Shown: positions 9,528-20,192 of the stretch, piece after piece | Layout of the letters: the number at the start of each line of letters is the position of its first letter | Position numbering within the stretch: position 1 is the stretch's first letter | From: Thermoanaerobaculia bacterium | GTDB lineage: Bacteria > Acidobacteriota > Thermoanaerobaculia > Multivoradales > Multivoraceae | Direction of reading: 5' to 3' | DNA: 64,000 bases | NCBI GenBank assembly: GCA_963664405.1 | Contig: OY761158.1 | Coordinates: 3,776,001 to 3,840,000 of the forward strand | Notes under the pieces: generated by a model | The model's database searches: none | The model's input: only the letters and a program-made list of their open reading frames with translations | What the model was told of the DNA's origin: nothing | Made by a program: the position numbers and the translations under genes

Positions 9528-10634
9528 CTAAGAACCCGCCAGACGACGGAAAAGTTCAAAATACTGGTCAGTGATTGTATCCCAAGAGTAGCGAGTCGCT
9601 GCGCGACTGGCGGCTGCGTTTGCGAGCCTGCCCGCCGTTGCGGGCTCGTCGAGCACCTTGGTAAGCGCCCGGGCAAGCGAGCCGCTATCTGCGGCCTTGA
9701 AGTAGAGCCCCGCTTCCCCGACAACTTCGCGGTTCTCTGGATTGTCGTTGACAACGACGCAGTTGCCATAGCCCATTGCCTCCACCAGTGCTGGGTGGGT
9801 CCCTCCCACGTCGGTGGCGTGAATATAGGCCAGCGCGTGGTGTTGAAGCTGGCGGTAGGGCTCGTCATAGAGGGCGCCGGGGAAGACAACGCGCGGATCG
9901 GCATTGGTCTTGAAGCTGTTGATGAAGGCCCGCGCGTAGGGAGCGCTTCCCACCATGACTAGAGGGAGATCGCCTGGCACGTCGCGGTAGGCTTCGGCGA
10001 CTCGATGGGGGTTGTTTTCCTTCTCGAAGCGACTGACGTAGAGGAAGAATCCTCCGCTCTCCAATCCCAGGTCGTCGAGCACCGCTGTACCTGGATCGGT
10101 ATCGACATCGACTCCGTAGGTGATGTTGGTGGTTGCGACAGCGTAGCGCTGCTCGTAGTGGGAGGCGATGACTTCCGCGTCGCTGACGATCACCGTCGCA
10201 ACCCTCGACGCCAGCCGCTCGGAAAGTGCATAGACCGCTCTCCCCAGGGCTCCCCACTTGGCGCGGCGCTTCTCGATGCCATCGACATGGAGAGCGACCG
10301 GAATGCCGGCTCCTTCGAGCAAGGGCACGAATAGAGCGTTGGCCGAATTGACCACGAGGGCGGCGTCGAAAGGGCGTTCGGCGGCGTGGAGGCAAGAAAG
10401 TAGCGTGTGCGCCGGAGTATCCAGGTGCTTGGTGCGCAACGTCGGCAGGACGACCAGCCTGACTCCCCGATACTCGTTGAGATGTCTCGGTGTCATGTGG
10501 GAGCGGCAGTAGACGGTGACCTCGAGGCCCGCCGTCGCCAGGCGGGGCGCCAGCTCCTCCAGAAGCGTCTCGTAGCCGCCGTAACGCGCGGGGATACCGC
10601 GACTGCCGATCAGGGCGATGCGAAGCGGTCTCAC
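9528..10634 (-). CDS. GT4 glycosyltransferase (DUF1972-like N-terminus)
   Basis: RIALIGSRGIPARYGGYET, VDGIEKRRAKW, GGTHPALVEAMG; probable GTG start overlapping upstream stop. Confidence 0.9.
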   Translation of the reverse strand: MRPLRIALIGSRGIPARYGGYETLLEELAPRLATAGLEVTVYCRSHMTPRHLNEYRGVRLVVLPTLRTKHLDTPAHTLLSCLHAAERPFDAALVVNSANALFVPLLEGAGIPVALHVDGIEKRRAKWGALGRAVYALSERLASRVATVIVSDAEVIASHYEQRYAVATTNITYGVDVDTDPGTAVLDDLGLESGGFFLYVSRFEKENNPHRVAEAYRDVPGDLPLVMVGSAPYARAFINSFKTNADPRVVFPGALYDEPYRQLQHHALAYIHATDVGGTHPALVEAMGYGNCVVVNDNPENREVVGEAGLYFKAADSGSLARALTKVLDEPATAGRLANAAASRAATRYSWDTITDQYFELFRRLAGS

Positions 10635-11620
10635 AGCGGTACTCCGCTCCGCAAGAACCACTTCTCGACCGGTTTCGTTTTGCGACTTTGAATCGACCGG
10701 CGGCGCTCTCGGATGCTGTCGCGATGCCTCCAGAGCCAGCTGTATGCCCCGAGCGACGAGCGCTCGATTGCGAGAACGTAGCCTAGTGCGAGCAGGTCCC
10801 GGAAGAGGGTGAAGGGGAGGGTCCATACGAAGTTGAGTACGGTCTGGTGATAGAAGCGCAGCAGATAGCGATTGCGCAGCGAATTTCGATTCACCTCTGC
10901 ACTCATCTGTCGGCGTCGCGAGGGCAGATTGGAGCGTCGATGGGTGGCTTTGGCGGAGGGTTCGAAGACGACGTCCCAACCCCTCTCCTGAAGCCGAAAA
11001 CAGAGCTCCGCGTCCTCTCGGAAGGTGTGAAAGGTGTCGTCGAAGATGTTGCCGTCGATCGCTACATCTTCTAGCGCGGAGCGCAGGAAGAGCGAGGCGG
11101 CGCCGGTGGCTCCGAACACCTTCTGGCGTTGGAGGAACTGACCGCGATCCAGGGCGCCAGAGCCGCGATCGAAATGTCGCCAGGTGGGGCAGAGACGCAT
11201 GCCGCAGGCGTCGAGACGGGGGTCTTCAGTCGCGGTGGCCTGGCGGACGAGACGCCCGGTGACGCCGCCGATCCTCTGCCCTTCGAGGTCTTCGAGAGGC
11301 TTGATGAGGTTGCTCAGGTAGCTCGGCTCCGGGCGGGCGTCGGGGTTGAGCAGGAGCACCAGCGGCCCAGAGCTCTGGCGCAGGGCCTCGTTCATTCCCC
11401 CGGCGAAGCCCAGGTTCCGATCGAGAGGGATGAGGGTCGTCGGTAGCGTCGCTTGGCTACAAAGCCTGCGCGCGGATGCGACGCCCTCGTCACTGCTTGC
11501 GCAGTCGACGAGGGTGACGCCGATAGGTCGATAGTCGAGGTTCTCCACGGCCTCGAACCAGCTCGGGAGATCCTTGGCTGACTGGTGAGTGACGATACAG
11601 ATGTCCACCCGCGGTTTCAT
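10631..11620 (-). CDS. GT2 glycosyltransferase
   Basis: NLGFAGGMN, LLLNPD, GATGAASLF, FREDAELCFR. Confidence 0.9.
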   Translation of the reverse strand: MKPRVDICIVTHQSAKDLPSWFEAVENLDYRPIGVTLVDCASSDEGVASARRLCSQATLPTTLIPLDRNLGFAGGMNEALRQSSGPLVLLLNPDARPEPSYLSNLIKPLEDLEGQRIGGVTGRLVRQATATEDPRLDACGMRLCPTWRHFDRGSGALDRGQFLQRQKVFGATGAASLFLRSALEDVAIDGNIFDDTFHTFREDAELCFRLQERGWDVVFEPSAKATHRRSNLPSRRRQMSAEVNRNSLRNRYLLRFYHQTVLNFVWTLPFTLFRDLLALGYVLAIERSSLGAYSWLWRHRDSIRERRRSIQSRKTKPVEKWFLRSGVPL

Positions 11621-11643
11621 GACTGGGCTCTAGCGCCGAGTGC

Positions 11644-12585
11644 TCATCGTAGTACTTCGCGGACGGCTCGCGGCCGGCGGAAGCCGGTCACGGCGCCGGC
11701 CGCCAAGGTGAGAAGGGCCGCGCAGGCTTGCGCTCGACTGGCCGCTCTGCGCGGTTGGCGGAAGGGCAGTAGCGCTATTCGCGCCAGCGCCGCCGCTGGG
11801 AGCATGGCGTGAGCGGCCGCAGCCCACCCGGCTCCGTGGTGTTTGCGCAGGTAGCGGGTCAGATTACGGTAGTAGGCCCACAAGAACGGACCGTAGCCAA
11901 GGCTGGCGACCGAGCTGCCGAGCTCGTGAACGAAGTGCGACCTTGGCCAGTAGCGAATCGGGTGCCCGGCGGAGACCAGTCGGGCTCCGAGATCGACATC
12001 CTCGAACCACGCCGGGTGGAAGCGAGTGTCCAGCCCTCCCAAGCTCTCCAAGAGTGAGCGGCGGATCGCCAGCGCGGCGGCGGCGGGTTGTTGCACGACC
12101 ACTCCCTCTTTCGGCTCGTGCCGGAGCAGCGGAACTCCCGGTAGGAAGAAGAGCTGCCGGAGCAAGCCCCACGCAGTTGGCAGCGGGCGGAGCTGCCAGG
12201 CGTATTGGGGACTCCCATCGTCGCCACTGAGTCGCGGCGCCAGGCCCGGCCAATCCCGGTGTCGGTCTAGCGCGTCGGCGAGCTCACCGACTGCGCCTGG
12301 CAGCGGCCGAACATCGGGGTTGAGCAGCATGACAATGGGAGCGGATGAGTGTTGGAGAGCGAGGTTGATGCCTCCGGCGAAGCCCAGATTACGGTCCGGG
12401 CGCAGAACCTTGAGGCCCGGGTGGGGCTCGAGCTCGAGATCTCGAGAGTTGTCGACCACGATGAGGGGGAAGTCTTCTTCGCCGGGCCACGCGGCGAGCA
12501 ACCGGTGCATCGATTCTCGAGCACTCCAGTGCACGACGAGCCCCTCCAGGCGCGGCGTGGCTGCAGCTGGCGGAGGTGTGCTCAT
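11644..12585 (-). CDS. GT2 glycosyltransferase
   Basis: VVDNS, NLGFAGGIN, LLNPDV, WFEDVDL. Confidence 0.88.
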   Translation of the reverse strand: MSTPPPAAATPRLEGLVVHWSARESMHRLLAAWPGEEDFPLIVVDNSRDLELEPHPGLKVLRPDRNLGFAGGINLALQHSSAPIVMLLNPDVRPLPGAVGELADALDRHRDWPGLAPRLSGDDGSPQYAWQLRPLPTAWGLLRQLFFLPGVPLLRHEPKEGVVVQQPAAAALAIRRSLLESLGGLDTRFHPAWFEDVDLGARLVSAGHPIRYWPRSHFVHELGSSVASLGYGPFLWAYYRNLTRYLRKHHGAGWAAAAHAMLPAAALARIALLPFRQPRRAASRAQACAALLTLAAGAVTGFRRPRAVREVLR

Positions 12586-13517
12586 TCCAGGGCGCCGAGT
12601 CGTCGAATATCGCTTATGGGCAGCATGGGTGGGCCGAGTCCGGAGAAGTGGGGAAGGTGAAGTGGAACCTGGGCCAGACCGGCAAGGAGCCCTCGGGCAT
12701 GCTGATGGCGGCCTCGGGCGATGGCTCCTGCCAGCTCTCTGAGGTCACCGATGATGAAGAACGGCAGGCGCTGCCAGAAAGAGCGGCCGAGCAGCCGAGC
12801 GAGGACCAGATAGCGATTGCGATAAACAAGACGGTGTCGTTTCACCGGCGGGGCGGTCGTCGCGCCGCGGTGGAGACACACGGCTCGAGGCTCGCATCGG
12901 GCCCGGAAGCCGGCCGCACGAAGCCGGCAGGCGAGGTCTACATCCTCATAATATGACTCGAGAGTCTCGTCGAAGGGTCCTCTCGCGTCTTTGGAGAGAG
13001 CCGCTGCGTGCAGAGCCTCTCGCCGAAACAGCGCGGCCGTCCCAGAGACTCCGAAAATCTCTCTCTCGCTCGAGGGGGCCTCTTCGATAGGCCTGTGGTG
13101 ACCCAGTTGAACGGCCTGCCACCTGCGGTTCCAGGCGAGGCCGTAGCCATCGATTCTGCTGCAGTCGGCCTGGTCCAGATTGGTGCCTTGTACGGCCGCG
13201 AGCTCAGCTTCGGCACCGAGCGCCGCGGTGAGGGGACCAAGCCAGGGAGAGCGCACGATGACGTCGTCGTTGACGACTGCGACCAGAGAAGTCTCGGCTA
13301 CCCCGAGCCCAAGATTTGATGCCGCCGCAAACCCCAGGGACCGTGAAGTAGGCAGAGCCTGAGCTCCTAGCTCCCTGGAGAGAGTGGGTGCCGAGTCGGC
13401 AGGGTGAACGACGACGATGTCCAAGTGGTCGCCGCCGTCGTCCCGTAGTGCAGCCAGGCATTCGACCAGGAGGGGACTCCGTCCGAGTGTCGGCACCACT
13501 GCCGTCACCGACTCCAT
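12582..13517 (-). CDS. GT2 glycosyltransferase
   Basis: VVPTLGR, LGFAAASN, VVNDDV, YYEDVDLACR. Confidence 0.88.
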   Translation of the reverse strand: MESVTAVVPTLGRSPLLVECLAALRDDGGDHLDIVVVHPADSAPTLSRELGAQALPTSRSLGFAAASNLGLGVAETSLVAVVNDDVIVRSPWLGPLTAALGAEAELAAVQGTNLDQADCSRIDGYGLAWNRRWQAVQLGHHRPIEEAPSSEREIFGVSGTAALFRREALHAAALSKDARGPFDETLESYYEDVDLACRLRAAGFRARCEPRAVCLHRGATTAPPVKRHRLVYRNRYLVLARLLGRSFWQRLPFFIIGDLRELAGAIARGRHQHARGLLAGLAQVPLHLPHFSGLGPPMLPISDIRRLGALE

Positions 13518-15691
13518 GTCAACCTCACTCGATCGATAAGGATCCGATGTTTTTCGTCACTGGAGGGGGAGGGGGCTAGTACTTCGAGTATCAAGGGCTC
13601 TCCTGGGACCCAGGGAAGAGGCCCGAAGTGGTGCACTCCCCAATCTGTTGACACTCGGAAGAGACGGTGATCGAGCACTTGCTCGCCGGCCCTGACCACG
13701 AGTGTCATCGGCGGTCGCCGCCGCCGTAAGAAACGTGCTTCGACTTCGACGTCGACCTCAGCACCACCAGGCGCTACCGGAATCTCGATGCGCTCGCCCT
13801 CCGGAAGTAGCCAGGCGCCTCGATGTCTCCAGCGGTCGACCGTCCAGAGAGGAGGCTGGAGCTCGCCGCCGCTCTTGCGGACAAAGGCATCTTCCACCTC
13901 TACTCTGGTGGTTGGTGCGTGCGCGGCGGCGAGAATGAATGCTGAGGAGGCGACCAGAAGGCCGGTTGCTCCAAGGGCTCCCGCGCGCCATCTCTTTGCG
14001 GAGGGGAGCCACCACAATGCTGCGAAAGCGACGACCAGCAGGGGCCACCACAGCGCCGAGGTGCGCGGGCGTACATAGCTAGGGAGGAGGCGCCCGAGAT
14101 CCACGCCCAGCTGTGAGCCCAGATGCTCGGTGATGCGGCTCGTTCCGTCCGCGAGATTGTAGGTCCAGCCGGGTTGAACTGCCCATAACAGCCCGAGGGT
14201 CAGAGTCAGCGCCCATAGTGCCGGGATGAATATGCGGGGGAGGGCGCGGTGACGAGCCTCGAACGCCGGAACCAGCACCAGAGCGAGGAGGGGAAGGAAG
14301 ACCAGGCCATATCGAAAGGGCGGTGACCAGCCTCCGTACCATTCACTGCGTGGAGCGACAAAGGCGAGGTAGGGAAAAAGCAGCGCGCCGGTGTCGACCA
14401 AGAGAGAGTTCCGCCGCCGCACCAGGATGGAAACGCCCGGCACCAGGAGCAGCCAGATCGGCGCGGACGAAAAGAGGCCGAAGGCGCTATCGAGGAAGAG
14501 TCCCGTACTTCCCTGTAAATAGCCTTCAACGGGTCGACCAGTTGGGTTGAGCTCCTCGAGTCGATGGACTTTGAGCGGGTTGCCGAAACGGACCTGATTG
14601 TGGACCATGATGCCGCCCCCCGTAGCGCCGAGGATCACCGTCAGCAACAGAGTAGCGCGCCATCGGCGTTTGGAGTGGAGCCACAGCAGACCAAGCAGGG
14701 AGAGCGACAGCAGCATGAAGCGAATCTTGATCAAGGGTAGGGCGACGATCGGTAGTCCCACCGAGAGACCCTTTCGCCAACTCCACGACGAGGTGTCTCT
14801 GGCCGGAGCTCGCAAGGCGTCCAGGGCCAAGACGACGAGTAGGGCAGCGGGTACTTCGACCCAGAGTTGGGAGGAGTAGAGGAGCAGGGGTGGAACGAAG
14901 GCGAGGACTCCCCAGGCAAGCAGCACTTCACCGGGGGAGGACGCCAGGTAGTGTCGAGCGAGGCGCAGCGTCGCCCAGGCAAGAGCGGCGGTTATCGCTG
15001 CCATCATCGCCATTGCGCCGTACTTGCCGGCGACGAAGTAAGGGAGGGCCAGAAGGAGTGGAACCAAGAAGTTGTGGCGCGAGTAGATTTGGCCCGCCGG
15101 CCCGGTTGGGTCTCCGAGCTGGGGTCCGATCTCGCGATCCAGGAAGCGGCTGTAATCGCCCTGTTCGTAATTGTTGGTCAGGTCGGCGTCGAGATCGTAG
15201 GCCAGACTGTGGGCGATGAGAAGGTTGTAGGGCTCATCGCCGTCGGGCGGGCGGTGAGCGGTGGTCCAGGGGATCATCGCGACATAGACGAGGAATGGCA
15301 GCCAGAAGAAGATCGCAGAAGGGCGCGAGGGTAGCTGCGCACCCAACAGCGGCCGCAGCCGTACGAGGGTCCTAGCCACCCAATAGAAGAGGAACAGGAA
15401 GAATCCGGCTGCGAGGAGTCCGTCGGCCACCGCCAGACCGCTCTTTTGCCATAGCAGGGAGGCGACGACGAGAGCGAGAAGTCCGGCAGCGAGCGCTGCG
15501 CCCTCTCGATCGCGAAGGCGCTGGAGCTTGTTGAGGCGGATCCAGTTCTCGATTGCCAGGGCTCCAGCAACGATCGCAGGCAGGAGAGCGAGAGTGCTGC
15601 GCAGGCTTTCCGGCTCGCCCGCGGGCAGGAATCGGTAGAAGAGTGGTGAGCTCAGGACCAGGACGGCTGTTATCGAAGCTCTCGACTTCAT
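13505..15691 (-). CDS. multi-pass membrane protein, probable GT-C fold glycosyltransferase
   Basis: many TM segments, GDEPYNLLIAHSL..D.D.DL.NNY loop, EWYGGWSPPFRY; lies in glycan cluster. Confidence 0.65.
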   Translation of the reverse strand: MKSRASITAVLVLSSPLFYRFLPAGEPESLRSTLALLPAIVAGALAIENWIRLNKLQRLRDREGAALAAGLLALVVASLLWQKSGLAVADGLLAAGFFLFLFYWVARTLVRLRPLLGAQLPSRPSAIFFWLPFLVYVAMIPWTTAHRPPDGDEPYNLLIAHSLAYDLDADLTNNYEQGDYSRFLDREIGPQLGDPTGPAGQIYSRHNFLVPLLLALPYFVAGKYGAMAMMAAITAALAWATLRLARHYLASSPGEVLLAWGVLAFVPPLLLYSSQLWVEVPAALLVVLALDALRAPARDTSSWSWRKGLSVGLPIVALPLIKIRFMLLSLSLLGLLWLHSKRRWRATLLLTVILGATGGGIMVHNQVRFGNPLKVHRLEELNPTGRPVEGYLQGSTGLFLDSAFGLFSSAPIWLLLVPGVSILVRRRNSLLVDTGALLFPYLAFVAPRSEWYGGWSPPFRYGLVFLPLLALVLVPAFEARHRALPRIFIPALWALTLTLGLLWAVQPGWTYNLADGTSRITEHLGSQLGVDLGRLLPSYVRPRTSALWWPLLVVAFAALWWLPSAKRWRAGALGATGLLVASSAFILAAAHAPTTRVEVEDAFVRKSGGELQPPLWTVDRWRHRGAWLLPEGERIEIPVAPGGAEVDVEVEARFLRRRRPPMTLVVRAGEQVLDHRLFRVSTDWGVHHFGPLPWVPGEPLILEVLAPSPSSDEKHRILIDRVRLTWSR

Positions 15692-17424
15692 CGACCGAGC
15701 TCCAGTTGATAGGCGGTGAGCTCGAGCTCGCGAGGGACGCCGGGGAGCAGTCGGAGCTCGACCGAGTGTGCGGGTGCCACCGTTTCGAACTGCCAGGTTT
15801 GCCGATAGCGTTGGCCGAAGAAGGTGCCCGAGGCGTCTACCCAGGAAAGGTGGGGGCGCGGGGCGTGAAACCCCGGCATCGAGGCGAGATCAGAGCGTCG
15901 TGCTGCCCACTCTCCGGTGTCGACGCCGGTGCGTAGGGTCAAGAGCTGCTCCTCCGTGCTCGAAACCACGCGGAGCTCGGCCACCGGTGTTCCGTTAGGG
16001 ATCGTGGACGAGTTCGAGAGACTGGAGTCGAGGCTCACAGTCCTAAACCTTATGCCGGGCTCGAGATCTATTTTCCATGATACGACGGCGCCACCGAGCT
16101 GCTTCGGCCCCCTGGCAAGCAGGATCTGAGCGGGTGGTCGATGAGCCGCCAACGTCGCCGCGGCGAAGAGCGCAAGCGACATGCCCGCGGCAGTCCACTC
16201 CGGGCTCGCACTACGCTGCTGGCTCCAGAAATGGCAGAACCCGCCGCAGGCCAGGAATACGAGGGTGAGGATCAGGGGGCCAGCCCATCCGCTGGCGATC
16301 CCGGCGATCCCGACGATCCCGACGATGCCGAGAACCGCTTCGAGTGGGTCTTCCCTGAGCCAAGGGTACGCGGCAAGAATCGAGACCCCGACGCTCAGGA
16401 TTCCGATCCACCAAGCCTGCAAGGTGCTGAAGATGGTCGTTCTCGGCGTCGCCGAGAGTGCCGGCGTCGTCGAGAGTGCCAGTAGTGCGAGGGGTGCGGC
16501 GAGTGTCGCCCGGTCTGGGCTGTGGGCGGCGGCGGCGAAGACGAGACAGAGTCCTGCGAGTCTGTGGGCGGTGCTGCGGCGTGGCTCGATCAAGAGGATG
16601 GGGAGCAATACGAGGGCAGGCACGAGACCGCCAAGGGCGGCCTCGAGCCCTCGCGGCCCTCCGAGGGATGCCAATACGGCGACGACGGTCGCCCCGAGGC
16701 GGAGGGCTCCTCGGCCGCTGGCTACGGTTGCGCAGAGAAAGAGGAGTAGGCCTCGCTGCGGGCCGACGGCCACAGAGACGCTGAGGAGTGCACCGAGTGC
16801 GCCCCAGCGCAGCGCCAGGCCTCGACTTCCATCGGCGGCCACTGAGCCGGCGGCGAGGGCAAAGAGAGCGAGAGCGCTCGGGGCAGTGAATCCGGGTCCG
16901 ACAAGGAAGGCGGTAGATGCTGCGAGAAGAGCGGGAAACGAGCTCCAGCGTTGGGCCAGGAGGAGAGTAGAGCTGGCGGCGAGAGCGGCCCAGCCGCCGA
17001 CAGCGGTCGCGTCGAGGAGCGTGGGGGCCAGGAGATCGCCACTTCGGGTAAGCACTTGGACGCCGAGAAAAAGTGCAAGAAGTGCCGCGGTCGGCGGGGT
17101 CTTGCCGTGGGTCGGCCATCTTTCGGCGGCGACGATAAGAAGTGTTACTGCGAGCAGAACTGCGAGGGCGGCGGCGCGATCGGCCGTGCCGGGCAGAGCT
17201 AGGGGAACTGCCGCTATCAGCGTCGCGAGGCAGGCGAAGAGAAGGCCGATCCTGGTCGGCACTTGAGCTGCGGCCAACAGAACGGCGACTGCGAGCAGTC
17301 CCAGAAACGAGGCCTCGGCGGCGACTGTCGGCTGCTGGTGGTTGATGGAGATCACCCAATAGACCGATCCGGCGGCCAAAGGAAGAAACAGACGGGAAGG
17401 CTGGTCGAAGATGTGCGGTCTCAT
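15688..17424 (-). CDS. hypothetical multi-pass membrane protein
   Basis: 578-aa hydrophobic ORF with soluble C-terminal domain, overlapping the next gene. Confidence 0.65.
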   Translation of the reverse strand: MRPHIFDQPSRLFLPLAAGSVYWVISINHQQPTVAAEASFLGLLAVAVLLAAAQVPTRIGLLFACLATLIAAVPLALPGTADRAAALAVLLAVTLLIVAAERWPTHGKTPPTAALLALFLGVQVLTRSGDLLAPTLLDATAVGGWAALAASSTLLLAQRWSSFPALLAASTAFLVGPGFTAPSALALFALAAGSVAADGSRGLALRWGALGALLSVSVAVGPQRGLLLFLCATVASGRGALRLGATVVAVLASLGGPRGLEAALGGLVPALVLLPILLIEPRRSTAHRLAGLCLVFAAAAHSPDRATLAAPLALLALSTTPALSATPRTTIFSTLQAWWIGILSVGVSILAAYPWLREDPLEAVLGIVGIVGIAGIASGWAGPLILTLVFLACGGFCHFWSQQRSASPEWTAAGMSLALFAAATLAAHRPPAQILLARGPKQLGGAVVSWKIDLEPGIRFRTVSLDSSLSNSSTIPNGTPVAELRVVSSTEEQLLTLRTGVDTGEWAARRSDLASMPGFHAPRPHLSWVDASGTFFGQRYRQTWQFETVAPAHSVELRLLPGVPRELELTAYQLELGR

Positions 17425-17445
17425 GGCTGCTAGACTTCGCCGTCC

Positions 17446-18729
17446 ATGCTTTCACGGGAGCTGCTGCGCCAGCGAATCGACGAAGTGAAGAGTCGCCTGG
17501 AGGGGCGAGGGGTCGAAGTGAGCATGCTCGATGATTGGACTCGTCTGGACGAGCAGCGTCGCTGTAGCCTGGTCGAAGTGGAGTCTCTCAAACAGAGTCG
17601 AAACGAAGCTTCGAAAGCGATTGGTGCAATCAAGCGCGCGGGGGGCGACGCCTCCGATGACATCGCCAAGGTGGCAGAGCTCAGGGGTGGCATCGAGTCT
17701 CTCGAGAGCCGAGTCGCCATCCTCGACGAGGAGCTCCGATTCATCGAGTTGCGGCTCCCCAACGTACCCGAAGATGACGTTCCCGTTGGGGCGGACGAGA
17801 GTGCCAATCGTGTTGAGAGAGAGGTTGGCATCGTACCCGTGTTTGATTTCGAGGTGAAGCCTCACTGGGACTTGGGTGTCGATCTAGGGATCCTCGACTT
17901 CGAGCGTGCGGCGAAGCTTGCCGGCGCGCGCTTTGTGATCTATAGAGGAGTAGGAGCTCGTCTCGAGCGAGCTTTGGCCGGGTTCATGTTGGATCTTCAC
18001 ACCACCGAGCACGGGTATACCGAGATCCTTCCTCCCTATCTGACCAACGACGACTCCCTCGAAGCGACCGGTCAGCTACCCAAGTTTGCCGAGGATCAGT
18101 TCCGTCTCGAGGGTACGCCCTACTGGCTGATCCCGACCTCCGAAGTGCCGTTGGCGAATGTACACCGAGGCGAGATCCTCGAGGAGTCGCAGCTGCCGCT
18201 GCGCTATACCGCCTTCACTCCCTGCTTTCGCTCCGAGGCCGGCTCATACGGGCGTGACGTTCGTGGGCTCATTCGCTTGCATCAGTTCAACAAGGTGGAG
18301 CTGGTTCAGTACACAACTCCGCAAGCGAGTGAGGCGGCGCTGCAAGAAATTCTGCGAAATGCTGAAGAAGTCCTCCGGCGTCTCGAGCTTCCTTACCGTG
18401 TCGTTACCTTGAGCCGTGGTGATATGTCGCTGGCTGCGGCGAAGACCATTGACTTGGAGGTCTGGTTACCTTCTCAGAAGCAGTACCGGGAGATTTCCTC
18501 TTGCAGCAACACGCGGGACTTTCAGGCGCGTCGCGGCAACATCCGCTACCGTCCGTCCGACGGTTCGAAGCCTCGGATCCTGCATACGCTCAACGGCTCA
18601 GGACTCGCGGTAGGGCGCACCTTTGTCGCGGTTCTCGAGAACTATCAGAGGGCCGATGGCTCTGTAGACGTGCCTGAGGCGCTGCGTCCCTACCTTGGTG
18701 GTTTGGAGCGCATCACCGGGTCGGAGTAG
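17446..18729 (+). CDS. serS: serine--tRNA ligase
   Basis: N-terminal coiled coil, TGQLPKF, LIPTSEVP, FRSEAGSYGRDVRGLIRLHQFNKVE, EISSCSN, HTLNGSGLAVGRT. Confidence 0.98.
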   Translation: MLSRELLRQRIDEVKSRLEGRGVEVSMLDDWTRLDEQRRCSLVEVESLKQSRNEASKAIGAIKRAGGDASDDIAKVAELRGGIESLESRVAILDEELRFIELRLPNVPEDDVPVGADESANRVEREVGIVPVFDFEVKPHWDLGVDLGILDFERAAKLAGARFVIYRGVGARLERALAGFMLDLHTTEHGYTEILPPYLTNDDSLEATGQLPKFAEDQFRLEGTPYWLIPTSEVPLANVHRGEILEESQLPLRYTAFTPCFRSEAGSYGRDVRGLIRLHQFNKVELVQYTTPQASEAALQEILRNAEEVLRRLELPYRVVTLSRGDMSLAAAKTIDLEVWLPSQKQYREISSCSNTRDFQARRGNIRYRPSDGSKPRILHTLNGSGLAVGRTFVAVLENYQRADGSVDVPEALRPYLGGLERITGSE

Positions 18730-18760
18730 GCTCCATCTCCTAATCGGCTGGCGCCTGTGC

Positions 18761-18850
18761 GGAGGGGTGGCTGAGAGGTCGAAAGCACCGGTCTTGAAAA
18801 CCGGCGACCGTTAACGCGGTCCGTGGGTTCGAATCCCACCCCCTCCGCCA
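18761..18850 (+). tRNA. tRNA-Ser(UGA)
   Basis: GGAGGGG/CCCCTCC acceptor stem, anticodon arm ccggt-ctTGAaa-accgg, long variable arm, GTTCGAATC, CCA. Confidence 0.97.
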
Positions 18851-18989
18851 TTAACCTATTAAAATAGGTCATTTACATGGTATTCCGGCTCTTCTGGAAC
18901 CAGCCTGTCCGAGCTGTCGTTGCGCGTATGGCACACTTGTGGCACACTAACAGCCCGAGAGAGTCAGTCGATCCCGACGGTCAGCTGCC

Positions 18990-20192
18990 ATGCCGACGAT
19001 CCAAAAGAGGGTGCGTTTCCGGGCGAACATCAGCCAGGAAGGCACTCCTGTTGACTCTCGGAGCTTCCATCGGGAGTCCGCAGCGAGGACCTGGGCTAAG
19101 GGGAGAATCCAGCGCCTCGAGAAAGAGCTGGCCGGATCTCAGGTCTCCTCGCAGATCAAGCAGACGACCAGCTACCGGGTCATGGTTCGTCTGCGCGGCC
19201 ATCCCTTCGAGTCCGAGACCTTCCCGAAACTGCACGAAGCAAAGCGATGGGGGCAGCAAACGGAGACTGCTATCCGCGAGGGGCGGTTCTTCCGCACAAG
19301 TGAAGCCGATCGTCACACCGTGGCCGAGCTCATTGAACGTTTCGAGTCCGAAGTTCTATCGCTAAAGCCTGAATCGAGGCGAAGCGATCAGGAGGCCCAT
19401 TTGCGCTGGTGGCGGGCCGAAATTGGCGCGCGACGTTTGGCAGATGTGACACCAGCCCTTCTTTCGGAGCACCGATCGAACTTGCTCTCTGAAACTCGCA
19501 GAGGTCGAAAGCGTCGAAGTCCCTCCACTGCGAACCGCTACATGACGTCGCTGAGCCATGGTTTCACCCACGCGGCGCGCGAGTGGAACTGGATCTCGGA
19601 CAATCCCTTTCGCAAGCTCAAGAAGCTGCCGGAGCCTCGCGGCCGCGTTCGTTGCCTCTCGGAAACTGAGACCAAGCGACTCTTGGAGGCGTGCCAAGGG
19701 AGTCGAGACACCAGGCTCTATCCCCTCGTGGTCCTTGCCTTGTCTACTGGCGCGCGACGAGGGGAGCTCCTTGGGCTTCGGTGGGCCGACGTCGATCTCG
19801 AGAGGGGCATCGCCGTGGCTCACCACACCAAGAACAACGAGCGTAGAGCCCTGCCGCTTTCCGGCCAAGCACTGGACGTCCTACGTGATCTCGGGAAGGT
19901 GAGGCGTCTAGACACCGACTTGGTTTTCGCCGACCGCCGAGGAAGACCCTCCATCCCGCGGAAATCATGGGACAGAGCGGTTGAGGCCGCCGAGATCGAT
20001 GACTTCCGGTTTCACGATCTCCGCCACACCGCCGCCTCCTATCTCGCCATGAGCGGAGCGACGTTAGCGGAGATCGCCGAAGTCTTGGGGCACAAGACCC
20101 TGGCGATGGTCAAACGCTACGCCCATCTCACCGACCAACATACGAGCGAGGTGGTCGCCAGGATGAACCGGCGTTTTCTCTCGGGCCATTGA
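18990..20192 (+). CDS. tyrosine recombinase (phage-type integrase)
   Basis: TGARRGELLGLRW, TKN, RFHDLRHTAAS, LGHKTLAMVKRYAH. Confidence 0.96.
   Translation: MPTIQKRVRFRANISQEGTPVDSRSFHRESAARTWAKGRIQRLEKELAGSQVSSQIKQTTSYRVMVRLRGHPFESETFPKLHEAKRWGQQTETAIREGRFFRTSEADRHTVAELIERFESEVLSLKPESRRSDQEAHLRWWRAEIGARRLADVTPALLSEHRSNLLSETRRGRKRRSPSTANRYMTSLSHGFTHAAREWNWISDNPFRKLKKLPEPRGRVRCLSETETKRLLEACQGSRDTRLYPLVVLALSTGARRGELLGLRWADVDLERGIAVAHHTKNNERRALPLSGQALDVLRDLGKVRRLDTDLVFADRRGRPSIPRKSWDRAVEAAEIDDFRFHDLRHTAASYLAMSGATLAEIAEVLGHKTLAMVKRYAHLTDQHTSEVVARMNRRFLSGH

Noticed and set aside
16293-16332. 9-bp tandem repeat (cgatcccga/gg)
   Set aside because: In-frame GIV/GIA repeat in a TM segment; it cannot cause phase variation.
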